A stretch of DNA of 64,000 bases from an uncultured Bacillales bacterium (GTDB lineage: Bacteria > Bacillota_I > Bacilli_A > RFN20 > CAG-288), in NCBI GenBank assembly GCA_937874465.1, contig CALNAX010000070.1, forward strand, positions 53,476 through 117,475, read 5' to 3'. The notes below the pieces were generated by a model that saw only the letters and a program-made list of their open reading frames with translations, searched no databases and was not told the origin of the DNA. Below are positions 1 to 9,043 of the stretch, piece after piece (position 1 is the first letter of the stretch; every line of letters begins with the position of its first letter). Position numbers and translations under genes: made by a program.

Positions 1-792
1 GAAATCGGACGTGTTTAGCTTGGCCTGTATCGGCTCGATGGCATTCCTCATCAAGCAGAGGCGGAACAGGGAGGTGATGTGCGTTCCCGGAAGGAAGTTG
101 GAGAACTGCCTTAGGGCGTAGGGAAGGATCAGGGGGGGGAGATAGGCTCCGATCAGGAAACCTATCAAGGCGCTGAAGATGCCGGCGAAGGAGGTGGCGG
201 TCGAAGTGCGCTTGAAAAGGGTCGTAATGCACATGAGGAAGAGGACGGCGGAGAGGGAACCCATGATTATGATCCCGATGCTTTCGAAGATCTGAGAAAC
301 ATCCAATACCGTTTGGGAAGAGATGTAAAGGTAGATTAGGCAAATGAACAGGAATATTATGCAAATCGACATGGTCAGTATCAGCGAGGACAAGGCGTAG
401 CTTAGCGCCAGGGCGACCTCGCTCACCGGCGAGGCCTGGAAATCATCCCTGATATGCTTCTCCTTGTCGCTTATCATCACGAACATGCTGTTGAGGGCCA
501 CCGTCAAGGTCGCCATGCTCAAGACGCCCGATACCATCCAGGTATCCACCACGGTCCTGAGCTGACTGTCCGTGAACATGCCATCGTAGCCATTCTCCGA
601 TAGGGCCTCCTGCATCTGGGAGACGCCGAGGTTACCGAGGAATAGGGTGTTGATGGTCAAAAGGAGCACGGGGGCGACTATGGAGAAGAAGATGGTGGTC
701 TTGTTCCTCAAAAACAGGAGCATGTTGCGCCTGGTCAGCGCCAATACGGTGTAGAAGAAGTTCTGGGCCTTATGTTCTATCGTCGGTTTCAT
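1..792 (-). CDS. ABC-2 type transporter permease, 3' end cut by the window edge
   Basis: The minus-strand frame is open from the ATG at 790-792 (ATGA overlap with the stop of the upstream ATPase) to position 1. My translation MKPTIEHKAQNFFYTVLALTRRNMLLFLRNKTTIFFSIVAPVLLL... is multi-TM. It is absent from the ORF track because no stop lies in the window. Confidence 0.7.
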   Translation of the reverse strand, partial: MKPTIEHKAQNFFYTVLALTRRNMLLFLRNKTTIFFSIVAPVLLLTINTLFLGNLGVSQMQEALSENGYDGMFTDSQLRTVVDTWMVSGVLSMATLTVALNSMFVMISDKEKHIRDDFQASPVSEVALALSYALSSLILTMSICIIFLFICLIYLYISSQTVLDVSQIFESIGIIIMGSLSAVLFLMCITTLFKRTSTATSFAGIFSALIGFLIGAYLPPLILPYALRQFSNFLPGTHITSLFRLCLMRNAIEPIQAKLNTSDF

Positions 793-1742
793 TTGGGATC
801 ATCCTCCTCGTCGAATTCCTTGGCGCCCGTCACCTTCAGGAATACGTCATCCATGGTTCCCTTTATTATCTCGAAATCCTTGAATGTCTCCCTGTGGGCA
901 TTGATGAAATCCAAGCCATCCTGGGCGTTCTTGATCCAGATGTGGTAGGCGCCATGGGAGTAGGCATACCACCGCTCGGCAGCATCGAGCAACTTGCTGA
1001 CCGCATCCGATCTGGGGGCGATGAGCCTTATGGTGTCCTTGGCGTATTGGTTCTTCAGCGAATCGGGTGTCCCCTCAGCCACGACCTTGCCATGGTTTAT
1101 TATCACGATGTGGTCGGCCATGGCCGTCTCTTCCATATAGTGGGTGGTCAGGAATATGGTAAGCATCCTCTCCTTCATCAATTTGTGGAGGATGTCCCAT
1201 ACCATGGTGCGGGCCAACGGGTCCAAACCGGTGGTCGGTTCATCCAAGAAAAGGATATCGGGTTCGTGGATCAGGGCCCTGGCGATATCGATCCGGCGCC
1301 TTTGGCCTCCCGACAAGACACCATAGGGTCTGTTTAGCAACGGGCCAAGCTCTAGTATCCTGGTGAGTTTCTCGATGCGCTCCTTGGTCTCCTTGGGACT
1401 CATGGCATAAAGGGCCGCCCGGGACTCGAGGTTTTGCTTGACCGTCAGCTGCTCATCCAATACCGAATGCTGGAAGACGATGCCGATGTGCTTCTTGATC
1501 TCATGGGCTTGGCGATCGAGATCCATGTGGTTTATGAAGACCCTTCCGCTGTCCTTGAAAATCAAGGAACATAGTATGTTTATGGTAGTCGATTTCCCGG
1601 CTCCGTTTTCGCCAAGCAGGGAGAACAAGGTCCCCCGCTTTACGTTGAAGCTGATGCCGTTAACGGCATGGACATCCTTGTAGCTCTTGGCGAGGTCTTT
1701 GACCTCCACTATCCAATCATTTTCGTTTTCCATGTTTTTCAC
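789..1742 (-). CDS. ABC transporter ATP-binding protein (ABC-2/DrrA-like)
   Basis: Walker A GENGAGKST, signature LSGGQRRR, Walker B ILFLDEPT. The ORF-track start at 1742 is GTG. The ATG at 1733 (MENENDW) sits behind GGTG and is the likelier start. Confidence 0.9.
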   Translation of the reverse strand: MKNMENENDWIVEVKDLAKSYKDVHAVNGISFNVKRGTLFSLLGENGAGKSTTINILCSLIFKDSGRVFINHMDLDRQAHEIKKHIGIVFQHSVLDEQLTVKQNLESRAALYAMSPKETKERIEKLTRILELGPLLNRPYGVLSGGQRRRIDIARALIHEPDILFLDEPTTGLDPLARTMVWDILHKLMKERMLTIFLTTHYMEETAMADHIVIINHGKVVAEGTPDSLKNQYAKDTIRLIAPRSDAVSKLLDAAERWYAYSHGAYHIWIKNAQDGLDFINAHRETFKDFEIIKGTMDDVFLKVTGAKEFDEEDDPK

Positions 1743-2508
1743 CAGTTATCAACGGCTCCAATTCCTTCTTGAGGACATGGTAGTAATGGTCGGCAACGGA
1801 TTTTTCGAACAGACCGAAGAAGTTTTTTGTCACCCTCAGCCGGAAAGTCCTGGCAAAAGTATAGCCATTCTTTTGCCTCGCGTTGTGCCAAGAACCAAGG
1901 TAATGGTGGATGCCGATGGTGTTCAAGGTCGTATTGAGCTCACCTGTCATATAATCCAAGGGATAGAAATATTCTTGCGGAAGCAACCTTATGTTATCCA
2001 CCACGATGTCCTTGCCATCGGGCTTCACGCCATATCTTAGGCGCATGATGGCGCTGAAGGCATGAACGGTAAGGGCATTGGTGTTGAAGCCAATCTTGTC
2101 TACCGCCTGGAGCCGGGCTAAGGCCACCCGATAGATGGGATGGTTGGGAATACCGGCCAAAAATGCGGAATTAAGCCAGTGGTCGGATTCATAGCAAAGG
2201 GCGGCATCGTACGTCAAAAGCGAATCTAGGGGCTTTATCAGTTCCATGTCGGTATCCAGATAGAAGCCACCGTTTTTCACCAGGGCGTAATTCCTTATGA
2301 CATCGGAGGCCAGGGCATAGTTCCCACGTGTCAAAGCGCTTTTTGCCAAAGGGAAGGAATCGATTGGAAAATTGCTTTCGTTCCATTCGACGATGCGATA
2401 GTCAGGGCATTGCTTTGCCCAGCTGGCAAGGCACTTCAGGACCAGGGGAGGCTTGGGCTTGCCGCCGACCCATACGTAATTGATTATCCGCGGGATTTTC
2501 TCTGTCAT
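1717..2508 (-). CDS. DXD-motif glycosyltransferase (Gly_transf_sug/OCH1-like)
   Basis: N-terminus IPRIINYVWVGGKPKP and GGFYLDTDME (DXD) are typical of this GT family. It overlaps the downstream ABC ATPase, suggesting a GT plus ABC-2 exporter operon. Confidence 0.65.
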   Translation of the reverse strand: MTEKIPRIINYVWVGGKPKPPLVLKCLASWAKQCPDYRIVEWNESNFPIDSFPLAKSALTRGNYALASDVIRNYALVKNGGFYLDTDMELIKPLDSLLTYDAALCYESDHWLNSAFLAGIPNHPIYRVALARLQAVDKIGFNTNALTVHAFSAIMRLRYGVKPDGKDIVVDNIRLLPQEYFYPLDYMTGELNTTLNTIGIHHYLGSWHNARQKNGYTFARTFRLRVTKNFFGLFEKSVADHYYHVLKKELEPLITGEKHGKRK

Positions 2509-2681
2509 GTCCTTTAATTATATAGGGAAAAGCCCTTTTCATTAAACATTTGGAGATAATGCACGATTTTCAGCCAATTGGCAATCTTTGTGAGGAACCC
2601 GTTCGCCTAAGAGCAAACAAGCCCCATTTAGAGATAAATGCCCCTTTTCCCTTGTATAATGTTAAAGGACAATTCCAATAG

Positions 2682-3995
<1,314 letters not shown>

Positions 3996-4017
3996 TTAGC
4001 CTCGTCTCTCCCAAAAA

Positions 4018-4045
4018 GCCATGGCCCCAAAGCCATGGTTTTTTT
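4018..4045 (+). terminator. rho-independent terminator after eno
   Basis: Stem GCCATGGC (4018-4025), loop CCCAAA, stem GCCATGGT (4032-4039), then a T run to 4045. Confidence 0.7.
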
Positions 4046-4148
4046 GTCGCCGGCCCTTTCCCATCAATGGGCAATAGCGCTTACCGATGGCGTGAAAAGC
4101 GGATGGAGTTTACAATCCCCTTAAAGGCGAAGAGGTTTGGGCCTTCCG

Positions 4149-4176
4149 TTGGCATGCATCTTCCGGTTGATATATC
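4149..4176 (+). promoter_or_regulatory. candidate sigma-70 promoter for the ABC exporter pair
   Basis: TTGGCA (4149-4154), 16-nt spacer, TATATC (4171-4176). Confidence 0.3.
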
Positions 4177-4202
4177 CTCTTATCTTGCAAAGGAGGTGGA
4201 TC

Positions 4203-5908
4203 GTGATCAACAAAGACGTTCTCTCATTCGCCAAGGACAACGGCTTTCGCCTGTTGGCCATTACGGTTGCGGCCTCTTTCCAGTTTTCCTTCCAGGTGGC
4301 ATTGATCTATTTCCTTTCCCTGCTGTTTTTCTCCTTGACGACCTGGTATGACCCCGAGGTATTCTTCGGCTTCGAAGGACGTGACGCTGCCTTGCTGGCT
4401 GGCCTTTTGGCCTTGGCCTGTTTGGCCCTTGAGTTCGTTTTCGGCTTGGTCTCCGATAGCCTTAGGACCGATCTGGGCCAAAAGGTCAAGGATCAGGCTA
4501 GGGCTAGCCTCCTTGACAAGCTTTCGAGGACGGGGGGAAGACTGCCGAATGGCTTTTCCAAAAGCAATGTCGGGCAGTTGGTCGGGGAAGGAGTCGATGG
4601 GCTGGATGTCTACTACAAGACCGTCTTGCCCCAGGTCCTGTTCGGGCTTCTTTTTCCCGTCCTTTTCCTTGTCTTCGTCTCCTTTCTGAATTGGCAATAT
4701 GGCTTGACGGTCTTCCTTTTGACTTTGTTTATCCCCATCTCTACCGCGCTCCTGTTCGCCATGGGCGGCAAGGCCGTGATGAGGCAATGGAATGGTTATC
4801 TCGAAATGGGATCTAGCTTTACCGATGCCGTACGGGGCATCGTTGACTTGAAGAACTTTGGGACTATCGACAGGAAGGCAAGGCAATTGGGCGTCAAAGG
4901 CGAGAGGTTCCGGAAAGACATAATGTCCGTCCTAAGCTTGAACCTTTTCGCCATCTGCCTCATGGACTTCGTCCTTTTTAGCGGGGTGGTCTGCGGTGGG
5001 GTGATAGCCATCGCCAAGGCCTATGGTCAGCCGACTCCCCTAAACATATTCATGGCGGTTTTCCTTACGGCGGCCACTTATTTTGCGATGCGCCCGATGC
5101 GTTCCCTTTGCGGAGCCTTGCACTTCGCCTTGAGCGGACTCACCGCCGCCAAGAAGATCAGGGTCATATTGGATATGCCCGAGGATTGTTGGGGTCGGGA
5201 AAAGCCACCATTCACAGGTCTGGCCCTGGATGATGTCTCTTTCGCCTATGGCGATGGCAAGAATCCCTTCAGCCTTCGGCATGTGTCCTTTGCCTTTCCG
5301 GGGAAAGGCCTGGTGGCGATAGTGGGCGAATCGGGAAGCGGCAAGAGCACCTTGGCCAGCTTGGTGTTGGGCTTCAACAGGCCGACTGAAGGGGCCGTGT
5401 TGGTCTCCGACAAGCCTCTGGCGCAATGGGATCGAGACTACTATCTTTCCCAGATTGTCGGCTATGCCGGAACCGACAGCTATCTTTTGCGCGGCCCTTT
5501 AATCGAGAACGTCGCAAAACTTTCCGGCGTGAAGGACGAGAAAAAGGTTCGTGATACCCTGGCCAAGCTGGGCCTCGACTATCTCGTGAAGGCCGACGGG
5601 GACCCTGTCGTCGAGGAGAACGGCAGGAACCTTTCGGGTGGCGAACGGGAAAGGGTCCTGTTCGCCTTGCCTATCTTCAGGACAAGCCACTGTATGTCTT
5701 CGACGAGATCACCTCAAGCATCGACAAAGATTCGGCCAAGATACTCATGGACGCGATTGGTCGATTGGCCAAGACCCATTTGGTCTTGATGATCACCCAT
5801 GACGCGGGCGAAGCCCTTATGGCCCAAAAGATCCTTCGGTTTGCAAACGGTCGACTCGAGGGTGACCAAAGCCTGGAACCCAAAGCCTTAAAGGGAGTCA
5901 ACGCATGA
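4203..5908 (+). pseudogene. fused permease/ATPase ABC exporter (CydD-like type 1 exporter), frameshifted inside the ATPase domain
   Basis: GTG at 4203 lies 6 nt after AGGAGG. It has a six-TM region and Walker A GESGSGKST. The frame breaks just after the signature LSGGERERV at about 5655-5668. The other frame continues LAYLQDKPLYVFDEITSSIDKDSAKILMDAIGRLAKTHLVLMITHD (Walker B, H-loop) and ends at the TGA at 5906-5908, overlapping the next ATG. Confidence 0.65.
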
Positions 5909-7605
5909 AATATACCGAAATTGATATATCAAGCATTCAGGAACTAAAGGGACTTTGGCAACTCATTTCAAACAAACTAAAGATTTTTGTTTGTCTCGCC
6001 GCCTTGTTTGGAACCATCGGCCATGTCATCTATGCCATGATTGCCCTCCTGTTGGCTTCGAGGGTCGGGGCGCTTGCCCAGGGTGAGGCCGTCTCTTGGC
6101 AACTTATGATTGTCACCGGGATGGGCTTGGCCTTCCTTGGCGGCCTTTGCAAGTACGTCGAACAGTACTTTAATCACTTCGTGGCCTTTACCGTCTTGGG
6201 CCAGATCAGGGTCAAGGTCTTCGACGAGTTTTCGCGCATTGCGCCCGGAAAGCTCGAGGCCTTCTCGAAAGGCGATGTCTTGAAGATCGCGACCGACGAC
6301 GTCGAGAGTCTGGAGGTCTTCTATGCCCATACCCTTAGTCCAATCCTTATCGGAATCCTCACCCTTGTTTCCGACGGGATAATCCTCGGCGTGGTTGGCG
6401 GTTGGGAATTCGCCGTCCTTTATGTTGTCTGCTATTGCTTGCTGGCCTTGGTCTTGCCGCTCACCTACTTGGGGCTAGCCAATAGGAAGGCCACTTTGAG
6501 CGGCCAGGTTTCCTTGTCCTATACTGGCCTCTACCTTGACTCGGTCCAGGGCATAAGGGATCTGCTGCTAGCAGGGCGTTATGGCCAGACCAAGGCCGCC
6601 TTGTCCTCGCTTGGGAAAGACAAGGCCCAGGCCGAGAAGGGCTTGAGCGGTTTGGCCAATCTTGGTGGGCGGCTAAGCGGTCTTATCGTTTCCTTGGCCA
6701 TTGCACTTTTTGCCCTGTTGGGCGGGTATTTGGCGTATGAGGGGGCCGTTTCGCCGGTGAATGCGCTTGAGGCTTTCGTGGTCAGCCTTTTCGCCTTTGG
6801 CCCGGCCCTCTCCCTGGCGGTCTTGCCGGGGACTTTGTCCAAGGCCTTGGCAGGCGGCAAGAGGATAGTGGGGCTTCTGTATGAGAAGCCCTTCGTCGAG
6901 GACAACGAAAGCGGCCATGAAGAGGTGGCCCCTGACTTGAGGTTCGCGAATGTCTCCTTTGCCTATCCCCATGATGTTGAAAACGCCCTGACTGGCATCG
7001 ACGTCTCTTTCGGGAAGAACGGGGTCCATGCTATCTTTGGCAAGTCCGGCTCAGGCAAATCCACCTTCCTCAAGTTGGCCTTGCGCTATTACGATCCCCA
7101 AAAGGGAGAGGTCTATTTGGGGCACGACGTAAAGGACATCAAGTCCATGAGCCTAAGGGAGAACGTCGGGGTGATGAGGCAGGATCCCTACCTGTTCCAC
7201 GAGACCATAAGGGAGAATATGCTGGAAGCGGTCTTTGACGCCAGCGATGCCAAGATAGACGAGGCGTTGTCCCAGGCCGGGATCAAGGACTTCGTGTATT
7301 CCCTTCCCCAAGGCCTGGATACCATGATCGACTCCGATGATTGGGATGTCTCCACCGGTCAACGCCAGCGGTTGGCCTTGGCGCGGATAATGCTAAGGCA
7401 CCCCAAGTTGCTCCTCTTGGATGAGCCGACGGCCTATTTGGATCGTCAGAACGAGACGCACTTCCTTTTGACCCTGAGGGAATATGGCAAGGATCATTCG
7501 GTCATCATGGTCACGCATAGCCTCAATGCCCTGTCCTATGCCGAGGACTCTTTCCGTATGGAAAAGGGCCATTTGACGCCCTTGGCCAGCCCCCAAAAGG
7601 CCTGA
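5905..7605 (+). CDS. fused permease/ATPase ABC exporter (CydC-like partner)
   Basis: 566 aa with an N-terminal TM domain, Walker A GKSGSGKST, signature STGQRQRLALAR and Walker B LLLLDEPT. ATGA coupling to the upstream gene. Confidence 0.8.
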   Translation: MKYTEIDISSIQELKGLWQLISNKLKIFVCLAALFGTIGHVIYAMIALLLASRVGALAQGEAVSWQLMIVTGMGLAFLGGLCKYVEQYFNHFVAFTVLGQIRVKVFDEFSRIAPGKLEAFSKGDVLKIATDDVESLEVFYAHTLSPILIGILTLVSDGIILGVVGGWEFAVLYVVCYCLLALVLPLTYLGLANRKATLSGQVSLSYTGLYLDSVQGIRDLLLAGRYGQTKAALSSLGKDKAQAEKGLSGLANLGGRLSGLIVSLAIALFALLGGYLAYEGAVSPVNALEAFVVSLFAFGPALSLAVLPGTLSKALAGGKRIVGLLYEKPFVEDNESGHEEVAPDLRFANVSFAYPHDVENALTGIDVSFGKNGVHAIFGKSGSGKSTFLKLALRYYDPQKGEVYLGHDVKDIKSMSLRENVGVMRQDPYLFHETIRENMLEAVFDASDAKIDEALSQAGIKDFVYSLPQGLDTMIDSDDWDVSTGQRQRLALARIMLRHPKLLLLDEPTAYLDRQNETHFLLTLREYGKDHSVIMVTHSLNALSYAEDSFRMEKGHLTPLASPQKA

Positions 7606-7618
7606 CTTCAATTAGTTG

Positions 7619-7647
7619 TTGCATTAGGCGCTACGGAAACCTATAAT
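7619..7647 (+). promoter_or_regulatory. sigma-70 promoter for tRNA-Ile
   Basis: TTGCAT (7619-7624), 17-nt spacer, TATAAT (7642-7647), 24 nt upstream of the tRNA 5' end. Confidence 0.6.
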
Positions 7648-7671
7648 TCTTTTCGCGACCTAAGGCGATAT

Positions 7672-7748
7672 GGGTCTTTAGCTCAGTTGGTTAGAGCGCG
7701 CCCCTGATAAGGACGAGGTCGAAGGTCCGAGACCTTCAAGACCCACCA
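7672..7748 (+). tRNA. tRNA-Ile (anticodon GAT), CCA encoded
   Basis: Cloverleaf folded by hand: acceptor GGGTCTT/AAGACCC, D arm GCTC-AGTTGGTTA-GAGC, anticodon loop CTGATAA, T arm GAAGG-TCCGAGA-CCTTC, then ACCA. There is a C29-A41 mismatch and C at position 55. Confidence 0.85.
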
Positions 7749-7761
7749 TCAAAGATTAATT

Positions 7762-7785
7762 TGCCCCGTTGTGGGCATTTTATTT
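7762..7785 (+). terminator. terminator after tRNA-Ile
   Basis: TGCCC (7762-7766), loop CGTTGT, GGGCA (7773-7777), then TTTTATTTT. Confidence 0.55.
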
Positions 7786-7794
7786 TGCCAAGAC

Positions 7795-7826
7795 AAAAGG
7801 GAGGCACCAACCAATGCCTCCCTTTT
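7795..7826 (-). terminator. terminator of the minus-strand SDR gene (bidirectional shape)
   Basis: AAAAGGGAGGCA (7795-7806), loop CCAACCAA, TGCCTCCCTTTT (7815-7826). It has an 8-bp GC-rich stem flanked by A and T runs. Confidence 0.65.
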
Positions 7827-7843
7827 ATCCTGGAATCCCCCTC

Positions 7844-8623
7844 TCACTCAACCACGTGTGGTTGACCGGTAGAGGCACTGGTGCCCCCATCAACGGGAAG
7901 GATCGCCCCATCTATGTAGGACGCATCGGGCGAGGCCAAGAAGAGGACGGCGGGAGCGATGTCTTGGGGAAGGCCGGGCCTATCGAGGGCGATGCGATTG
8001 GTGAATTGCTGCAGCTTGTCCTTGTCTTCGGCTACGCCCTTGCTCATGTCGGTTATGGTGAAGGCCGGTGCGACGCCATTGACCCTGATGCCATATTCGC
8101 CCCAGTCCAAGGCCAGGGATTGGACGAATCCCGTCACCGCGAACTTGGTGGCATTGTAGCCGGCCTGGCCCCAATCGCCCCTTATGCCCGACACCGAAGT
8201 GATGGCGACAAGGTTGCCCTTAGAAGCCAAAAGGGGCTTGAATACGGCCCTGGCCAGATAGAACAGGCCATCGACGTTAATTGAGCGCATCTTTTCCCAC
8301 TTGTCAGCGGAAAGGTCTTCAAGCTTGCCGCTCTCATAGACTCCGGCATTGCTGACCACTACATCGAGGTGACCAAACCTGGAAAGGATCTCCGCTACTA
8401 TCTCGCCAGCCGAAGCGGGCAGGGAGATGTCCTTGGATAGCGCCAAGGTCCTGTCCTTTGGATAGCCAAGGATTGTCTCCTCCAGTGGTTCAAGTCTCCT
8501 TCCTATTACTGCTACGGTGGCCTGGTTGTCCAAGAAGGCCTTGGCGATGGCTCGCCCTATCCCCGAACCTCCACCGGTTACCAACACCACCTTGCCCTTG
8601 AACGGATATTTGTTATTGGTCAT
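7844..8623 (-). CDS. short-chain dehydrogenase/reductase (FabG-like)
   Basis: TGGGSGIGRAIA, NAG and YNATK motifs. The ORF track opens at 8710, but the ATG at 8623 (MTNNKYPFKGKVVLVTGG) follows GGAAAGAGG. Confidence 0.85.
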   Translation of the reverse strand: MTNNKYPFKGKVVLVTGGGSGIGRAIAKAFLDNQATVAVIGRRLEPLEETILGYPKDRTLALSKDISLPASAGEIVAEILSRFGHLDVVVSNAGVYESGKLEDLSADKWEKMRSINVDGLFYLARAVFKPLLASKGNLVAITSVSGIRGDWGQAGYNATKFAVTGFVQSLALDWGEYGIRVNGVAPAFTITDMSKGVAEDKDKLQQFTNRIALDRPGLPQDIAPAVLFLASPDASYIDGAILPVDGGTSASTGQPHVVE

Positions 8624-8646
8624 GCTTTGCCTCTTTCCACCAAACG

Positions 8647-8675
8647 AATATAGGTTGGTAGGCCATGGGGGACAA
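8647..8675 (-). promoter_or_regulatory. candidate promoter for the SDR gene
   Basis: On the minus strand: TTGTCC, 17-nt spacer, TATATT. Confidence 0.35.
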
Positions 8676-8745
8676 ATGGAATGCTTGGGCCTTGCCAAGC
8701 CGAGTGCCAAGGCCGACTCAAAGCCTTTTAAACTTATGCGCTATG

Positions 8746-8754
8746 TGCTAACAT
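8746..8754 (+). promoter_or_regulatory. extended -10 element upstream of tRNA-Val/Thr
   Basis: TGCTAACAT, 15 nt upstream of tRNA-Val. It belongs to the recurrent TGCTA motif set. Confidence 0.4.
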
Positions 8755-8768
8755 TTCAAAGCGCGATT

Positions 8769-8844
8769 GGGAGTTTAGCTCAGCTGGGAGAGCGCATCCT
8801 TCACACGGATGAGGTCATTGGTTCGAGCCCAATAACCCCCACCA
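8769..8844 (+). tRNA. tRNA-Val (anticodon CAC), CCA encoded
   Basis: Acceptor GGGAGTT/AACCCCC (A4-C69 mismatch), D arm GCTC-AGCTGGGA-GAGC, anticodon arm CATCC-TTCACAC-GGATG, T arm ATTGG-TTCGAGC-CCAAT, then ACCA. Confidence 0.85.
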
Positions 8845-8848
8845 TATT

Positions 8849-8923
8849 GCCGGCATAGCTCTTAACGGCTAGAGCAACCGCCTTGTAAGCGGTGGGTTGC
8901 TGGTCCGAATCCAGCTGCCGGCA
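8849..8923 (+). tRNA. tRNA-Thr (anticodon TGT), CCA not encoded
   Basis: Acceptor GCCGGCA/TGCCGGC, anticodon arm ACCGC-CTTGTAA-GCGGT, T arm GCTGG-TCCGAAT-CCAGC (C at position 55), discriminator A followed by TAG. It starts 4 nt after tRNA-Val. Confidence 0.85.
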
Positions 8924-8939
8924 TAGCGCAAGAACAAAG

Positions 8940-8960
8940 TGCCCGCCGTGGGCATTTTTT
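8940..8960 (+). terminator. terminator after the tRNA-Val/Thr pair
   Basis: TGCCC, loop GCCGT, GGGCA, then TTTTTT. The sequence is close to the tRNA-Ile terminator. Confidence 0.55.
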
Positions 8961-9043
8961 CTTGCCCCAAACTAGGCTTTCCGTGGAATATTGCCAATCA
9001 AGTTATAATATCTAGGAAGATTTGGCATTATCTGGAGGACAGC

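Noticed and set aside
1994-2002. DnaA-box-like TTATCCACC.
   Set aside because: It is a single imperfect box inside a coding region. There is no cluster, AT-rich unwinding element or dnaA/dnaN context.
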